From IMG/VR virus record IMGVR_UViG_3300030202_002298, positions 1 to 64,000 of that record: a DNA stretch of 64,000 nucleotides; one strand, 5' to 3'. The position numbers and the translations under genes are program-made. The notes under the pieces were generated by a model that saw only the letters and a program-made list of their open reading frames with translations, searched no databases and was not told where the DNA came from. Origin of the DNA: an uncultured virus (IMG/VR IMGVR_UViG_3300030202_002298). Taxonomy: Duplodnaviria; Heunggongvirae; Uroviricota; Caudoviricetes. This document shows, one piece after another, positions 19,109 to 29,326 of this stretch; positions within the stretch are counted from its first letter, which is position 1; every line of letters starts with the position of its first letter.

Positions 19109-21474
19109 TATACTATAGGTTCTTGCTGTTGCTGTGGTTGTATCTCGGCTGCTAATGCTTGTGCTGCGGCTTGTTCTTGTGCGGCTTGTCTCTCAAGCAT
19201 AGTCCCGCTTTGAGGATTAGCTTCTCCACCACCACCTAATGCATCTTTGATTGAGTTAATATCAATTGCATTCTGCTCAACAATTCCAGCCATTTGCTCC
19301 ATGACTTGTTGCATCTGCTGGTTTGGCCCTCCTAAGCTATTGTCTTGTCCGGTTCCTATCTCTAGCTTGAGATCAGTGCCAGACTTGCGAGCGATTTCAT
19401 TAACAAGTTCAAAGTATTTATCTTTACCTAATGCTTCCAGAACCACTGGTGATTGGCTCACAATCTGGAACACTTGTATTAAGGCTTGAGCTTGCTGGAG
19501 ATTGGATGCTCTCTCTGATCCGTCTCTACTTGTAAATACATAGTCATGACATAACCCACGTTTACTACCGATGATTGTGTACCTTCTCTCAATGTCAGGG
19601 TCCATCATCTCAGCATCATCTGTGTCTATATCAAAGCCAGCTTTCTGTATTACTGCTGGGATATATCTATTCTTAACAGGTAGATGGATAGTGTTACTTC
19701 CCATTGCTACAATTGATTCATAGATAACCCGCTTCATTGCAGCTCTGCCCTCATCAATAGCTTCACTAATAAATGTATAAACAGATTCAGTTGTGTTAGC
19801 TATTGTTAAGACTTCAGTTGCACTTGTTTCCCTAGGTGATGGTTGTCCTTGTTCTTGTGGACTTAACGCCATTAACCTTTCAGATATAGAAATCAACTCA
19901 GCTATAGATCTAAATATATTTGTTAGCTGTGAGTTAGGTTGGCTTCTGATTATCTTGAATACGTTATCTGGATTTGTGTCTATCCCTAGGTTAGCAAGCT
20001 TTTGAAATGAGGCTTCAAGTACATGGGTAGTGGCATAATAATTCTCACCACTCATAGTCTTCTGAAACTCTTGCCTTAGTTTTAATCCTTCTTCTGTATC
20101 AGGAAAGATGTCCGTATTAAGCACACCTACATTGAACAGGTCAGCCTTCGTAGTCTCTAGTAATTGCGAGAACAGATTAGTCAACTGGTCTTGGTAGCTC
20201 ATAAGTTCGTGAGCCACACTTAAGTTCCTTAATCTAGTATCGTTCTCATTGTAAGAGAATACAGCAGCAGGTGATGAAGGAAGGAACTCTGCAAATATAA
20301 TTGTAGAATCTCCAGCTACCCTCATATGTACCCAAACAGGGTGAGGATAATCCCCAATACCCCACTGGTTAGGTACTAACTTCATAAAGTAATCGGTAAC
20401 AAACACGGAGGTATCACCCATTTCTCCTGAGTACATACCTACGCTGTTCTTCCGATCGTTCCAGCTAGTTAGATCATCCTCTGTGCGAGGGGGAACTATC
20501 TGCGTGTAGTAGTGGTTAAAGTAAGTTGCATACTGAGTAAACAAACCTACTGACGCTGTCGTATAACCAACTGAGTCACGGTTAAAATACATTGGGTTGC
20601 TCATCACATCCCTGTACCTAACCACATCCCAGAACCCTACATATTCCGAGCCTGTATCGGAGTTTAGGGATGTCAAAGGATAGGCATTATCCCAAAAGAC
20701 TCTACTAGGATGGGGGTTGATCCAACTGATCCCTTCCTTTGTGACCTTAGTTTTGGCACGATTGTCGTCGTATTCTGGATTTGCCTTCTCCCATTGAACT
20801 TCCCGTTCCCAAGCAGCTCTAGGAAATGCTACGCTGTGACCGTATAGGAACATATCCCTGACCACCTGCGTTTGAAAGTGTCTGTAATCATACTGGTCAG
20901 ACATGATCTCTACCCTTTGAGATAGAACATCAGCCCTAACCTTTCCTGTAACCCCTGTCGATCTAGGTTCGTACTTAAAGAAAGGGTATAGGTTATTGTA
21001 TTTGTTTACCTGTGCAGCCAGCCTTCTAGTTACAAAGCTACGCACTAGGTTAATGTTAACTTCAAAGAACTTAGGTAAATCTATTTCATCTGGTTGCCCT
21101 GCGGCTCCTCGCTTAACGTACTTGTCAGAAACCTTCAGCTTATCTAGTTCCTTAACACAACTCGACACGTTGATTCTCTTCTGAGCGTACATTACCAATG
21201 GAATAACCCTGCTATTCAGAGGTGTACTATCCCAAGCTAGATCAACAGAACTGTACAGGTGGTGGTTCCTTAGTGAGAAAGTAATAGCCTCAGTTATCCT
21301 ACTGGCTACCAACTTCTCCATCTCTTCCCTCTTGTCGATGTCTTTCTGCAAGGCTTTCACCTCACTCTTTTCCATCTTATCCAGCACCTTTTTTGCTGGG
21401 AGTTTAGCTGATAGGACTTCCCTTAATCTTTCATTGGTAGTCCCGTGGTCTTTGAGTATATCGAAATCAATCAT
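19108..21474 (-). CDS. Portal protein (putative)
   Basis: 788 aa, after the terminase; SATEV motif and Gln-rich C-terminal tail typical of podovirus portals. Confidence 0.75.
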   Translation of the reverse strand: MIDFDILKDHGTTNERLREVLSAKLPAKKVLDKMEKSEVKALQKDIDKREEMEKLVASRITEAITFSLRNHHLYSSVDLAWDSTPLNSRVIPLVMYAQKRINVSSCVKELDKLKVSDKYVKRGAAGQPDEIDLPKFFEVNINLVRSFVTRRLAAQVNKYNNLYPFFKYEPRSTGVTGKVRADVLSQRVEIMSDQYDYRHFQTQVVRDMFLYGHSVAFPRAAWEREVQWEKANPEYDDNRAKTKVTKEGISWINPHPSRVFWDNAYPLTSLNSDTGSEYVGFWDVVRYRDVMSNPMYFNRDSVGYTTASVGLFTQYATYFNHYYTQIVPPRTEDDLTSWNDRKNSVGMYSGEMGDTSVFVTDYFMKLVPNQWGIGDYPHPVWVHMRVAGDSTIIFAEFLPSSPAAVFSYNENDTRLRNLSVAHELMSYQDQLTNLFSQLLETTKADLFNVGVLNTDIFPDTEEGLKLRQEFQKTMSGENYYATTHVLEASFQKLANLGIDTNPDNVFKIIRSQPNSQLTNIFRSIAELISISERLMALSPQEQGQPSPRETSATEVLTIANTTESVYTFISEAIDEGRAAMKRVIYESIVAMGSNTIHLPVKNRYIPAVIQKAGFDIDTDDAEMMDPDIERRYTIIGSKRGLCHDYVFTSRDGSERASNLQQAQALIQVFQIVSQSPVVLEALGKDKYFELVNEIARKSGTDLKLEIGTGQDNSLGGPNQQMQQVMEQMAGIVEQNAIDINSIKDALGGGGEANPQSGTMLERQAAQEQAAAQALAAEIQPQQQQEPIV

Positions 21475-21712
21475 ATCTTGCCTCTAGTTCCGCTTGTTCC
21501 TGTAGATAAAATAACAATGCTATGTACGGTGGCACTTTGTTTATTTGCATCCATTTCTTTAGCTTTGAATATGGAATACAACTCCGAGCTGCAAGTTCTT
21601 CAACTGTGACATTAAGAAATTTAGCACATCGTTTAACCCTTCTCCTATCCCAGCCTTCTTTAACTCCAGCTTTTCCATGCAGTTGTTCGAGTAGGAATAC
21701 GCTTGCGGTCAA
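21467..21712 (-). CDS. XRE-like HTH protein
   Basis: LNVTVEELAARSCIPYSKLKKWM HTH pattern. Confidence 0.55.
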   Translation of the reverse strand: MTASVFLLEQLHGKAGVKEGWDRRRVKRCAKFLNVTVEELAARSCIPYSKLKKWMQINKVPPYIALLFYLQEQAELEARYD

Positions 21713-21984
21713 TAGGATTCAGCCTTGGATTTGTTAGCTGCTGCATCCCCACCCATCATAACAGCAAGAACTGGTGCGGCATCTTCATCAGGTGCATCAG
21801 GCTCAGACTTGCTATGAATAGATACTTCTTTAACAGAGAATACTGCTTGATCGTCAGTCCGGTCATCAAGTACACCTGTCACTGTCATCTTACACTCTTC
21901 ACCAACATCTTTTGCAGCCAAGTAACCAGCAAGTTCGGTATCATCGGTTAAATCCAATACAACCTTATCATTTAAATTTGCCAT
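21709..21984 (-). CDS. Acidic hypothetical protein
   Basis: 91 aa, SD AAGGA, downstream of motif copy 3. Confidence 0.6.
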   Translation of the reverse strand: MANLNDKVVLDLTDDTELAGYLAAKDVGEECKMTVTGVLDDRTDDQAVFSVKEVSIHSKSEPDAPDEDAAPVLAVMMGGDAAANKSKAESY

Positions 21985-22006
21985 GTTCCTTGTGTGATAA
22001 CCAATT

Positions 22007-22016
22007 TTAGTGTCAC
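22007..22016 (-). promoter_or_regulatory. Conserved motif copy 3
   Basis: TTAGTGTCAC within TGTGA-N15-TCACA; 23 nt upstream of ATG 21984. Confidence 0.7.
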
Positions 22017-22018
22017 AA

Positions 22019-23524
22019 TCAAGATATTCCGCAATGAATTAGGTTGGCTCTAACGTCCCTTGCCCTTGGTGCATGAGCTTGTCCGTTCAATTCTAGCTTG
22101 AATATAGGATAGGTAACGCTATCAAACTTATGGATGTACCTACTTCTCTTAGGTTTTGTGGGGTCTTTCTTATCTGCTTCCAGTTTCATAAGCATATCAG
22201 TTGTGTTAGGGCATAGTGCTGAAACATAAAACTCATCTTGAAATAACTTACCTGAAAGTAATCTTACCCTAGCCTCCACTGATCCCTGTCCCTTCGGGCA
22301 ACCAATCATTTTTATTCTCCCATTACTGTATCGCTCAAAGTCCCAGCTATCATAGCTTCCCTCCCCACCTGGATGCCATTGGTTGATAGCACTAGAGTCA
22401 GTGATATGTTCATAATGAAACTCATTTTTAATCTTAGTGTTCCAGTAATCCATACGCTGAATGATCTGTTGGCATAGTCGTTTGTATAGATGTCTTTCTC
22501 CTAAGTAATCTACCTCATCAAAGACAGTCCATATGTTCCCTCTCTTTGTGGGTATCATTTGAAGAAAGGTAACAGCAGAATAAACCTGACCTAAATCATA
22601 ACCTATTATTATTGGATGCCCAACCTTCGGCATTAACCCACTCCCCTTTATCTCATCCCCTTTCTTATGAAGTTCGGGTGCGTAGTAATCTCTGAACAAG
22701 GCTTCACCGCTTGGCCTGTCTACCCATTCACCTTCAATTAATCTTCTCCACTCAACTGGATCTGCTTTAAGAATAGACTCAAGGTTATCAACGTACCCTT
22801 CCGGCAAACGCTTAGTATTCTCTTTGATTGGGACATGGTAGACTTTGTACCTAATGTTTCTCTTGCCATTATCTTCTATGATGTCTTCAAAGAACTGCTT
22901 GTAAACCCAGTGGCTTGGCCCTTCAGGGTTGCAGCTTGCAAGGAATTGTTGTGGCCCTCTAATCCCTCGCCTTCTTCCTAACTGTGCCGCTGGGTAACGA
23001 AAGTATTCCACTCCATCACATTGTGTAAGCTCATCAACATAGACACAACTTGGTGCTGGCCCTTTGATCCTAGTTTCTACAGCAGCGGCATATGGAATTG
23101 ATATAAGAAGGATCTTACTCCACCCACCGAATCTATTCTTAACCCATCTATGCCTGTCTTTTGTATTGGGATCTAGCTTGGATGCTGTGTACTCAAGACC
23201 TATGCCCTCCTCCCATTGTGGTAGTATTAGAGTATCTAGGTCATGCCATATACCTTCCGCACCTGTTCGAATACTCGGAGCAATGATCATAACTAAAGCA
23301 TTCTCCTCTTCATAGGCATGGCGTATTAGCTTATGAGCGAAGCCTATAGTTTTACCTGATCCTTTTTCCCCGTAGCCTAGTATAAACCTAGTACCGTCAT
23401 CGAAGATCTTTTGCTGAGTCTTGTTGAGATCAGGATGCCAAGACTTTGATTCTGCTATAGTTGTGGTAGCAGCAGTAGCTAAGGCTTCCACTTCCTCATC
23501 ACTTAGTGGTTCCCTTATTGGCAT
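22019..23524 (-). CDS. terL: Terminase large subunit
   Basis: Walker A GEKGSGKT, Walker B VYVDE, motif SCNP, nuclease IGYDLG. Confidence 0.92.
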   Translation of the reverse strand: MPIREPLSDEEVEALATAATTTIAESKSWHPDLNKTQQKIFDDGTRFILGYGEKGSGKTIGFAHKLIRHAYEEENALVMIIAPSIRTGAEGIWHDLDTLILPQWEEGIGLEYTASKLDPNTKDRHRWVKNRFGGWSKILLISIPYAAAVETRIKGPAPSCVYVDELTQCDGVEYFRYPAAQLGRRRGIRGPQQFLASCNPEGPSHWVYKQFFEDIIEDNGKRNIRYKVYHVPIKENTKRLPEGYVDNLESILKADPVEWRRLIEGEWVDRPSGEALFRDYYAPELHKKGDEIKGSGLMPKVGHPIIIGYDLGQVYSAVTFLQMIPTKRGNIWTVFDEVDYLGERHLYKRLCQQIIQRMDYWNTKIKNEFHYEHITDSSAINQWHPGGEGSYDSWDFERYSNGRIKMIGCPKGQGSVEARVRLLSGKLFQDEFYVSALCPNTTDMLMKLEADKKDPTKPKRSRYIHKFDSVTYPIFKLELNGQAHAPRARDVRANLIHCGIS

Positions 23525-24182
23525 CTTTAACTTCTACTTTTGTGGCATCTGTTTGCACGATGATATTATTCATTGGCGAAAATCCAGGCTTACTGGAAGA
23601 CTTCCCGCCCTTCTCATCTTGCTTGGCTTTTATCTGTGCGTCAATGAGTGCCCCTTTTAAAATGTCCCTATTGATTTCATTACGATACTTGACCGTATTA
23701 AACAGGGCTTCATATAAGGTTCGCTCTCTCTCCTCTTCTTGACCCGCAGTTATTTCCTCTTTGATCTCCCCCATGAGAACACCCAACTGTGTGAAGTCTT
23801 TGAGTATTCCTCCCGCTGTGATTTGCCGCATGGCCTGAAGATGTGTACTGCTAAAAGCGGCTGCTGCTATAGCCTCCTCCCTTGCTTTGCCTACAATACC
23901 TACTGCCTCCAGACCATGCGTTAACGCCCGTTCCTCTTCCTTTAATTTCTCGGTGAACTTAAGAGAAGGGTCAGGTCTGTGAACTACCTCTTGTTTAGTC
24001 GGGGGTTCAACAGGGTCTTTGCTCCACCTTGCGTTAAATTCTTCATCATTATATATCAGCTTATAGATATTACCCTTTGGCATATCCAGTAATAGAGCTG
24101 CTTTACTTACATCACCATCAGCTTCTTCCAATGCTAGGTGAATAGCCTTTCGCTCCCCTTTACTGTACTGATTCTTTCTCAA
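23499..24182 (-). CDS. Putative terminase small subunit with N-terminal Fis-type HTH
   Basis: ALEEADGDVSKAALLLDMPKGNIYKLI; overlaps the terL start. Confidence 0.55.
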   Translation of the reverse strand: MRKNQYSKGERKAIHLALEEADGDVSKAALLLDMPKGNIYKLIYNDEEFNARWSKDPVEPPTKQEVVHRPDPSLKFTEKLKEEERALTHGLEAVGIVGKAREEAIAAAAFSSTHLQAMRQITAGGILKDFTQLGVLMGEIKEEITAGQEEERERTLYEALFNTVKYRNEINRDILKGALIDAQIKAKQDEKGGKSSSKPGFSPMNNIIVQTDATKVEVKDANKGTTK

Positions 24183-25009
24183 GTAATATAATGCTTAACA
24201 GTAGTAGAGGATTTAGAGTGAGCCAGATCTTTAGCTATTGTTTCTATATCCTCTCCTGATTTCTTACGCTGACTAGCATGAGTAACCCTAAAGCAATGGA
24301 ATGTTTTATCCTCAATACCAAACCTAATCAGCATTCTTTTAAACGTCTGTTGAAACCATGTCCTACGTCCCGCTCCACCATCATCTGGCAGTAAGTATTT
24401 CTTTCTTTCTTCTGGGAATAAATATGAATCATCCTCTTGTGGCAGACTACCTATTGTCTTACGCAATCTAGCACTCATCTTTAAAGCAACCTTCTTATCC
24501 TTCTTGTCTGTCCACACCTCAACATGAGTTGGGCTAAAGCAATCCCATTCAAGCTGAACGATGTCACCTAAGCGTAACCCTGTCTCGACAGCTATAATTA
24601 CAGCAGATCTCCAGAACCCCTCAGTGTTTGCAATGATATACTTAACCTCAGCAGGTGTGAATGCTTCCTTCTTCTGTGCTTGTCTCTTCTTATGTGGAAC
24701 CTTCCTGATGTTAACCTTTACCAGTGAGGCAGGATTGCCAACCATCCACCCCTTAGCTACACAGTAATTAAAGAATGTCCTCAACGCTGACAGCTTATAC
24801 CTACGAGTAGAAACAGCAGTAATCTTCTTACCGTTATTGATATAATCATTGACGATAAACTCATCTATTTTTTCGGTATGCGTATCTAATAGCTCCTTGT
24901 CCTCCAAGAAGTGAGCGACCTCTCTCCAAGTGTTTTCGGCAGTCTTGTTGGATTTACCTATTGCCTCCATCCACTCCATCATTTTATTCAATGCTTCATT
25001 TGCTTTCAT
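24179..25009 (-). CDS. Tyrosine recombinase (XerC/D-sized, no arm-binding domain)
   Basis: TGLRLGD, HCFR and LAHSKSSTTVKHY catalytic motifs; N-terminal SAM-like domain. Confidence 0.9.
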   Translation of the reverse strand: MKANEALNKMMEWMEAIGKSNKTAENTWREVAHFLEDKELLDTHTEKIDEFIVNDYINNGKKITAVSTRRYKLSALRTFFNYCVAKGWMVGNPASLVKVNIRKVPHKKRQAQKKEAFTPAEVKYIIANTEGFWRSAVIIAVETGLRLGDIVQLEWDCFSPTHVEVWTDKKDKKVALKMSARLRKTIGSLPQEDDSYLFPEERKKYLLPDDGGAGRRTWFQQTFKRMLIRFGIEDKTFHCFRVTHASQRKKSGEDIETIAKDLAHSKSSTTVKHYIT

Positions 25010-25269
25010 TGTATGAATAGTTCTATCTCTTTATCTTTAGTTGCTTTCTTTATGAATTCTTTTCTCATGTCAGCGGTTGCTTTATCCGTAACATCTCCAA
25101 CTATCTTCTCTCTAGTAATGGCTATTGTTAATTTACATTGAACCATTTGAGCCAACAGTCTGTCTATCTTCCCATTGATACGGTCTACGATCTTTAGGTT
25201 AGATTGAATAGCCTTACTCTTGGCACATCGTTCCTCAATTTCCTTCTGATATTCCTCGCTTAACTGCAT
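25006..25269 (-). CDS. Hypothetical protein
   Basis: 87 aa; ATGA overlap with the recombinase. Confidence 0.6.
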   Translation of the reverse strand: MQLSEEYQKEIEERCAKSKAIQSNLKIVDRINGKIDRLLAQMVQCKLTIAITREKIVGDVTDKATADMRKEFIKKATKDKEIELFIQ

Positions 25270-25633
25270 AACACTGTCTCCATTTCTTTATCAGTGGAAT
25301 ATAGTAGTCATCCCAATCAGGCGTAGTCTTAAGGTATTTAAAACGAATAGGCCGCTTGCGTAGGTAGTCCCTGACATACTTCATACAAGTGGAATCAAGG
25401 AAGTCTACACCGCAAGCACCTGTAAATCTTCTGAACTTCTCAAGGCTTACACCCTTCCAAGAAGTCATCTCTGATATAGTTAGAACTTCATACTCTGATA
25501 GCCCTGACTTATCTGAGATCTCCTTGGTAGACATGGCTGGACCGGGGCGATGCTTGGCCATTAACCTGCATAACACAGGTGGGTAATCATCAACACGTTT
25601 CCAGAATTTTTCTGTGACAGACCAGTGAGTCAC
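25235..25633 (-). CDS. HTH-containing putative regulator
   Basis: MSTKEISDKSGLSEYEVLTISE...VSLEKFRRF, XRE-like; start codon uncertain. Confidence 0.5.
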   Translation of the reverse strand: MTHWSVTEKFWKRVDDYPPVLCRLMAKHRPGPAMSTKEISDKSGLSEYEVLTISEMTSWKGVSLEKFRRFTGACGVDFLDSTCMKYVRDYLRKRPIRFKYLKTTPDWDDYYIPLIKKWRQCYAVKRGISEGN

Positions 25634-25662
25634 GGTTTTAGTGTCACATAATTTTTCGTCAA
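25634..25662 (-). promoter_or_regulatory. Sigma70-like promoter with motif copy 4
   Basis: Minus strand TTGACG-16 nt-TAAAAC; TTAGTGTCAC at 25638-25647. Confidence 0.55.
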
Positions 25663-25691
25663 GTCAAGGGAATGGCGTGGAGGTTGGGGAA

Positions 25692-27372
25692 TTAATCCTC
25701 CGCTAAATTGAAGACTTCTTCCAACATGCCGCACTCGTGCATAAACAATATCCTTTCAGCAACCGTTCCGTTTTCCCATTCCTCATCAGTTGTGTGGCCA
25801 TCTTGGTCTGGACCTTCATTCCAAAGATCGCGGTTGTTTGCAGTGAGGTAACACTCCCCCATAGAGATAATTGGTTTCCATTCATCGTCCCAGTTTCTAG
25901 CAATAGACAAATCTCCAGTTGTTGATAAACGCCATTCATAATATCCGTTCCTTTCATCATGCTGATAGAAGTCCCACAGTTCGTACTCTTCTCCTATCTC
26001 ATCGCCATCTATCTTTTGGATTTGTAATCGTTGCAAGTCATTACCAAATGTGAGGCGACAACCAAGGTACTCAGTCTGCCACTCGTACTGACCATCACCG
26101 TAAACATTTTTTTCTAATTTCATATCAGTTCCTACTTGGATCTCCTGTTTCATCTGCTGCCACCTCGAATGCTGACTCCAACATCTCAGTGATAGATCTA
26201 TTTGCTTCTGCAACTCCAAGCGATTTGATAGCCGCGACACTTTGCCCAAGCATCACTGACCATAACGCTTCCTGTGGTTTGATCTGTAATGACACAGCAA
26301 GTTGATCGAATAACTTATTGATCTTGTCGTGCTGGTCTGCTGTTAATCTCTCTGGGTTCATGCTTCTATTTGTGCTTCTATTTGCTTTGCGTAGAATTCT
26401 CCTGCCTCTCTCATTAGTCTAGCTATAGCTTGTGCGTCTACACCTGGATCATCAATGAACGTGGGGTTCTCAATGCTAATGATTGGGGGCTTTATAGTAA
26501 CAACTCCTATAAACCTAGGCTTATGTAGGTGGATAACAAGCTCATCATTATTATCATCATTCGCTATCACGAACTTAGACCAATCGTTATCGTTCCATTC
26601 TTTCATGCTTCTTCCTCCTCGTAATTTTCTGCTTCGTATTGCCTTTGCTCTGCCTCCATTACGTTGAAGTTGGAACACTCTTCCGATTTCCAATCTTTGC
26701 CTTGCAGCTCTAGAACTTTTCTTTCTAGGTCGTTCAACTCTGACTCTAGTTCTATGGCCTCGCCTATCTTCTCTTGAATCTCCTCTGACAGCCAAGCCAT
26801 CTGTTCTGCTTTTGTTTCTTCACTCATTGCTTTCTATTTCTATTATACTTTACTTGTCAATTGTATTCCAATCAGGCCAATCAGTACCTTCCACTAACCT
26901 TGCCATCCCTGCACTGTGCAAGTTATCAAGGTCTAATGCTTTCTTGTATTCTGATTTAGCATCTTCTTCAGTCTCAAACATTGCTATGTTGTCTATTGTT
27001 TCTCCGTCATTGAAGAGATCATTTGTAGTAGTAAACACCACATACCATTCCTTCTCCTTCCGCTCCATTGCATTAGCAATTCTATCCAATGCGTCCGTCA
27101 TCTTTGGTAGCGTTCTTTCTATGAGTCGCTTACCCATTACTGTTTCATGTAGTTCCATTTTTTTCTGTCTGTTGTATAGGCCACTTGCCATCGAAGGCGA
27201 ATGACCCAAGCTCTTTGTACTTGTCCTTACCATGTAGCTGTTGCAAGTAAGTTACCTTCCCCGCTGTACCAGCTATGCAATCCATATCTTTCACGGCCAG
27301 CATTGCCATGCGTTTAGTTCCATCAAACTTGGTATCTAATCTAACGTGTGTTGTGTGTCTTGGTGTCTTCAT
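25692..27372 (-). other. Cluster of about six small hypothetical early genes
   Basis: Tightly packed ORFs 25692..~26122, 26125..26361, 26358..26606, 26603..26827, 26850..~27160, 27145..27372 with ATGA-type overlaps. Confidence 0.6.
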
Positions 27373-27959
27373 TTGTTAGCCTCGAAGAATGCTTGAGCAA
27401 AACCTCTTGGTGTCTGGCTCCGCATCTCCTTAGTCCTTTCTGATTTGCCTCCGTACATAGTGTGCATCTTAGACCCTAGCACTGGAGGTAAACTTTTCTT
27501 TTTAGGTTTAGAGAACTTCCCCCATAAGAGAGTGTACTTGGTGTACTGTTCTTCCTCTCTCTCTCCCACTGGCAACCAACCAGCGAACTCATTAGGATGG
27601 AATGCGTACTCTCGAACACCGTACCAGTTCTTCATCCTTCCCACTGGATTCTCTAAGCACCACCACTTTGGGCTGTAGATAACCACTGTCCTCAAGCAAG
27701 CATCCACTACTCCTATGTTGTTCGTAAGTTTCTCAGGAGTATGCTTTGCCTTACCTCTCCAGTGCCTAGCTCCTGACACTGCGAACTCAGTACATGGGGG
27801 AGCCATAAGGATACCGTGTACTTTTTTATTCAGCTTAGGGAACAGTCGAACATCAAACCCTAGCTTAATGTCTACCTGTATTACCTCGTACCCTGCATCT
27901 CTGTAAGGCTGACTCCATCTACCACTGTAATCACATAGGGACAGGATAACCTTACTCAT
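27369..27959 (-). CDS. Compact DNA cytosine-C5 methyltransferase
   Basis: ILSLCDYSG (motif I-like), PPC (motif IV), ENP (motif VI). Confidence 0.8.
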   Translation of the reverse strand: MSKVILSLCDYSGRWSQPYRDAGYEVIQVDIKLGFDVRLFPKLNKKVHGILMAPPCTEFAVSGARHWRGKAKHTPEKLTNNIGVVDACLRTVVIYSPKWWCLENPVGRMKNWYGVREYAFHPNEFAGWLPVGEREEEQYTKYTLLWGKFSKPKKKSLPPVLGSKMHTMYGGKSERTKEMRSQTPRGFAQAFFEANK

Positions 27960-28290
27960 TCACTCCCTTTACTGTGACGCAGCCCTCTTCATACTTGAGG
28001 GTGTAATGAGTAAACCCATCAAAGAACTGCTTTATTTCCCAGCCTGTTAAATCAATGACGGGCCTACCTTTTTTTGAAGAAACCTTTCTACGTTCTACAA
28101 TTATATCATCGTCTTCCAGTAACCAGAACTTAACTGACCTACCTCTTCCTCTTTGTATCCATTGAGGTGCATAATAAGAACCGGGAGTGAAGCCAACCTC
28201 TGACAACCTCTTGTTCTCAATCCAGATTCGAGCATGATCCTGCCCTGTCTTCTGGCACTTACCTAATTTGTACTTTTTTACATTGTCCAC
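27952..28290 (-). CDS. Hypothetical protein, possibly MTase-associated domain
   Basis: RIWIENKRLSEVGFTPG...RKVSSKKGRPVIDL; overlaps the MTase start. Confidence 0.45.
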   Translation of the reverse strand: MDNVKKYKLGKCQKTGQDHARIWIENKRLSEVGFTPGSYYAPQWIQRGRGRSVKFWLLEDDDIIVERRKVSSKKGRPVIDLTGWEIKQFFDGFTHYTLKYEEGCVTVKGVNE

Positions 28291-28444
28291 ATTCTTGCCT
28301 TTCCATTACCTGTTCACCGCACTCTTCACACTCTTCCTCTTCAGGTTCTTCACCACTGCCATAACAATCAGGACAACTGTATGAAAGGGATGATCCCTGC
28401 TCTACATACAGATACCCTTTACCTCTACACCATTTGCATTTCAT
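28259..28444 (-). CDS. Small Zn-finger protein (DnaJ-type CxxCxGxG repeats)
   Basis: CKWCRGKG...CPDCYGSG. Confidence 0.55.
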   Translation of the reverse strand: MKCKWCRGKGYLYVEQGSSLSYSCPDCYGSGEEPEEEECEECGEQVMERQECGQCKKVQIR

Positions 28445-28496
28445 TTGTTTATCTTACTCTTTTGTATGGGACATCTACTGTCCGTGATTACCATAT

Positions 28497-28506
28497 TTAG
28501 TGTCAC
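28497..28506 (-). promoter_or_regulatory. Conserved motif copy 5
   Basis: TTAGTGTCAC within CGTGA-N15-TCACA. Confidence 0.65.
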
Positions 28507-28696
28507 AAATCCAACGCCAATTCCATTTTGAATTTCATTGCACTCAATACATCCAGCTTTCTTGATGCTTTCCATGTCTCATTGATACCGTACTTGTCAT
28601 GTATCTTACCTATCTCTTTTACTGTCTTGTTGTATTCTTTTTGGAGCTTATCTCTGTCCCAATTGGAATAGTCTCTACCTTCTTCGTGATTGTAAC

Positions 28697-29326
28697 TCAT
28701 GCTTTAAACCTGTGCTTTATCCAGTACCCATACTTCTCGTTGGGACTGCGTAGTTGTATGTGATATTTACTGTCTGTCTTCTTGGCTACTAGACCCTCGT
28801 AGAACTCACACCCTTGCTTCTCATTGAACTGCTTCATCTCTTCCCAATGAGCATTGACTTCACACTCTGGAAAGTGAGGAGCAATGTAAGCACCAGCCAT
28901 TATACTGAATCCAGTAGGGTTAAGATCTAAAGGGTCAACAGGTCTAAGGCTTTCCATTTCATTGTTCCAGAATGCGAAAGGTAATCGCGTGTCATAAACC
29001 AATCCCTTACGAAACAAGTAGGTCGGGCCTCTTCCTTTCATCGGTGTATCAAACACAATCAAGGAACCTTTCCCAATGTCATGCCTTCTCTCTAATGCTT
29101 CGCAGTCTACCCATTCTAGGTCTGTCTCTTTGAGTTGCATTAAAGCTGTGTCGAACTTGTCTGTAATACTTAGAGGTTCGCCTTGCCTGTTCCACATTCT
29201 GCCTGTTGGTACATGGACTAATGCTCTCCATCCATTGTACTTAGGTTCATACATCCAATCACCATACTTAGATGCTGCCTTATCTACAGGCCCACCGTTA
29301 GTTGGTCTTGCTGGGTACGTTATCAT
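28697..29326 (-). CDS. ATP-dependent DNA ligase-like protein, adenylation domain only
   Basis: EPKYNGWRA (motif I), DCE (III), VFD (IIIa), EGLVAK (IV), WIK (V); likely start ATG 29326 (ATGA overlap). Confidence 0.75.
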   Translation of the reverse strand: MITYPARPTNGGPVDKAASKYGDWMYEPKYNGWRALVHVPTGRMWNRQGEPLSITDKFDTALMQLKETDLEWVDCEALERRHDIGKGSLIVFDTPMKGRGPTYLFRKGLVYDTRLPFAFWNNEMESLRPVDPLDLNPTGFSIMAGAYIAPHFPECEVNAHWEEMKQFNEKQGCEFYEGLVAKKTDSKYHIQLRSPNEKYGYWIKHRFKA

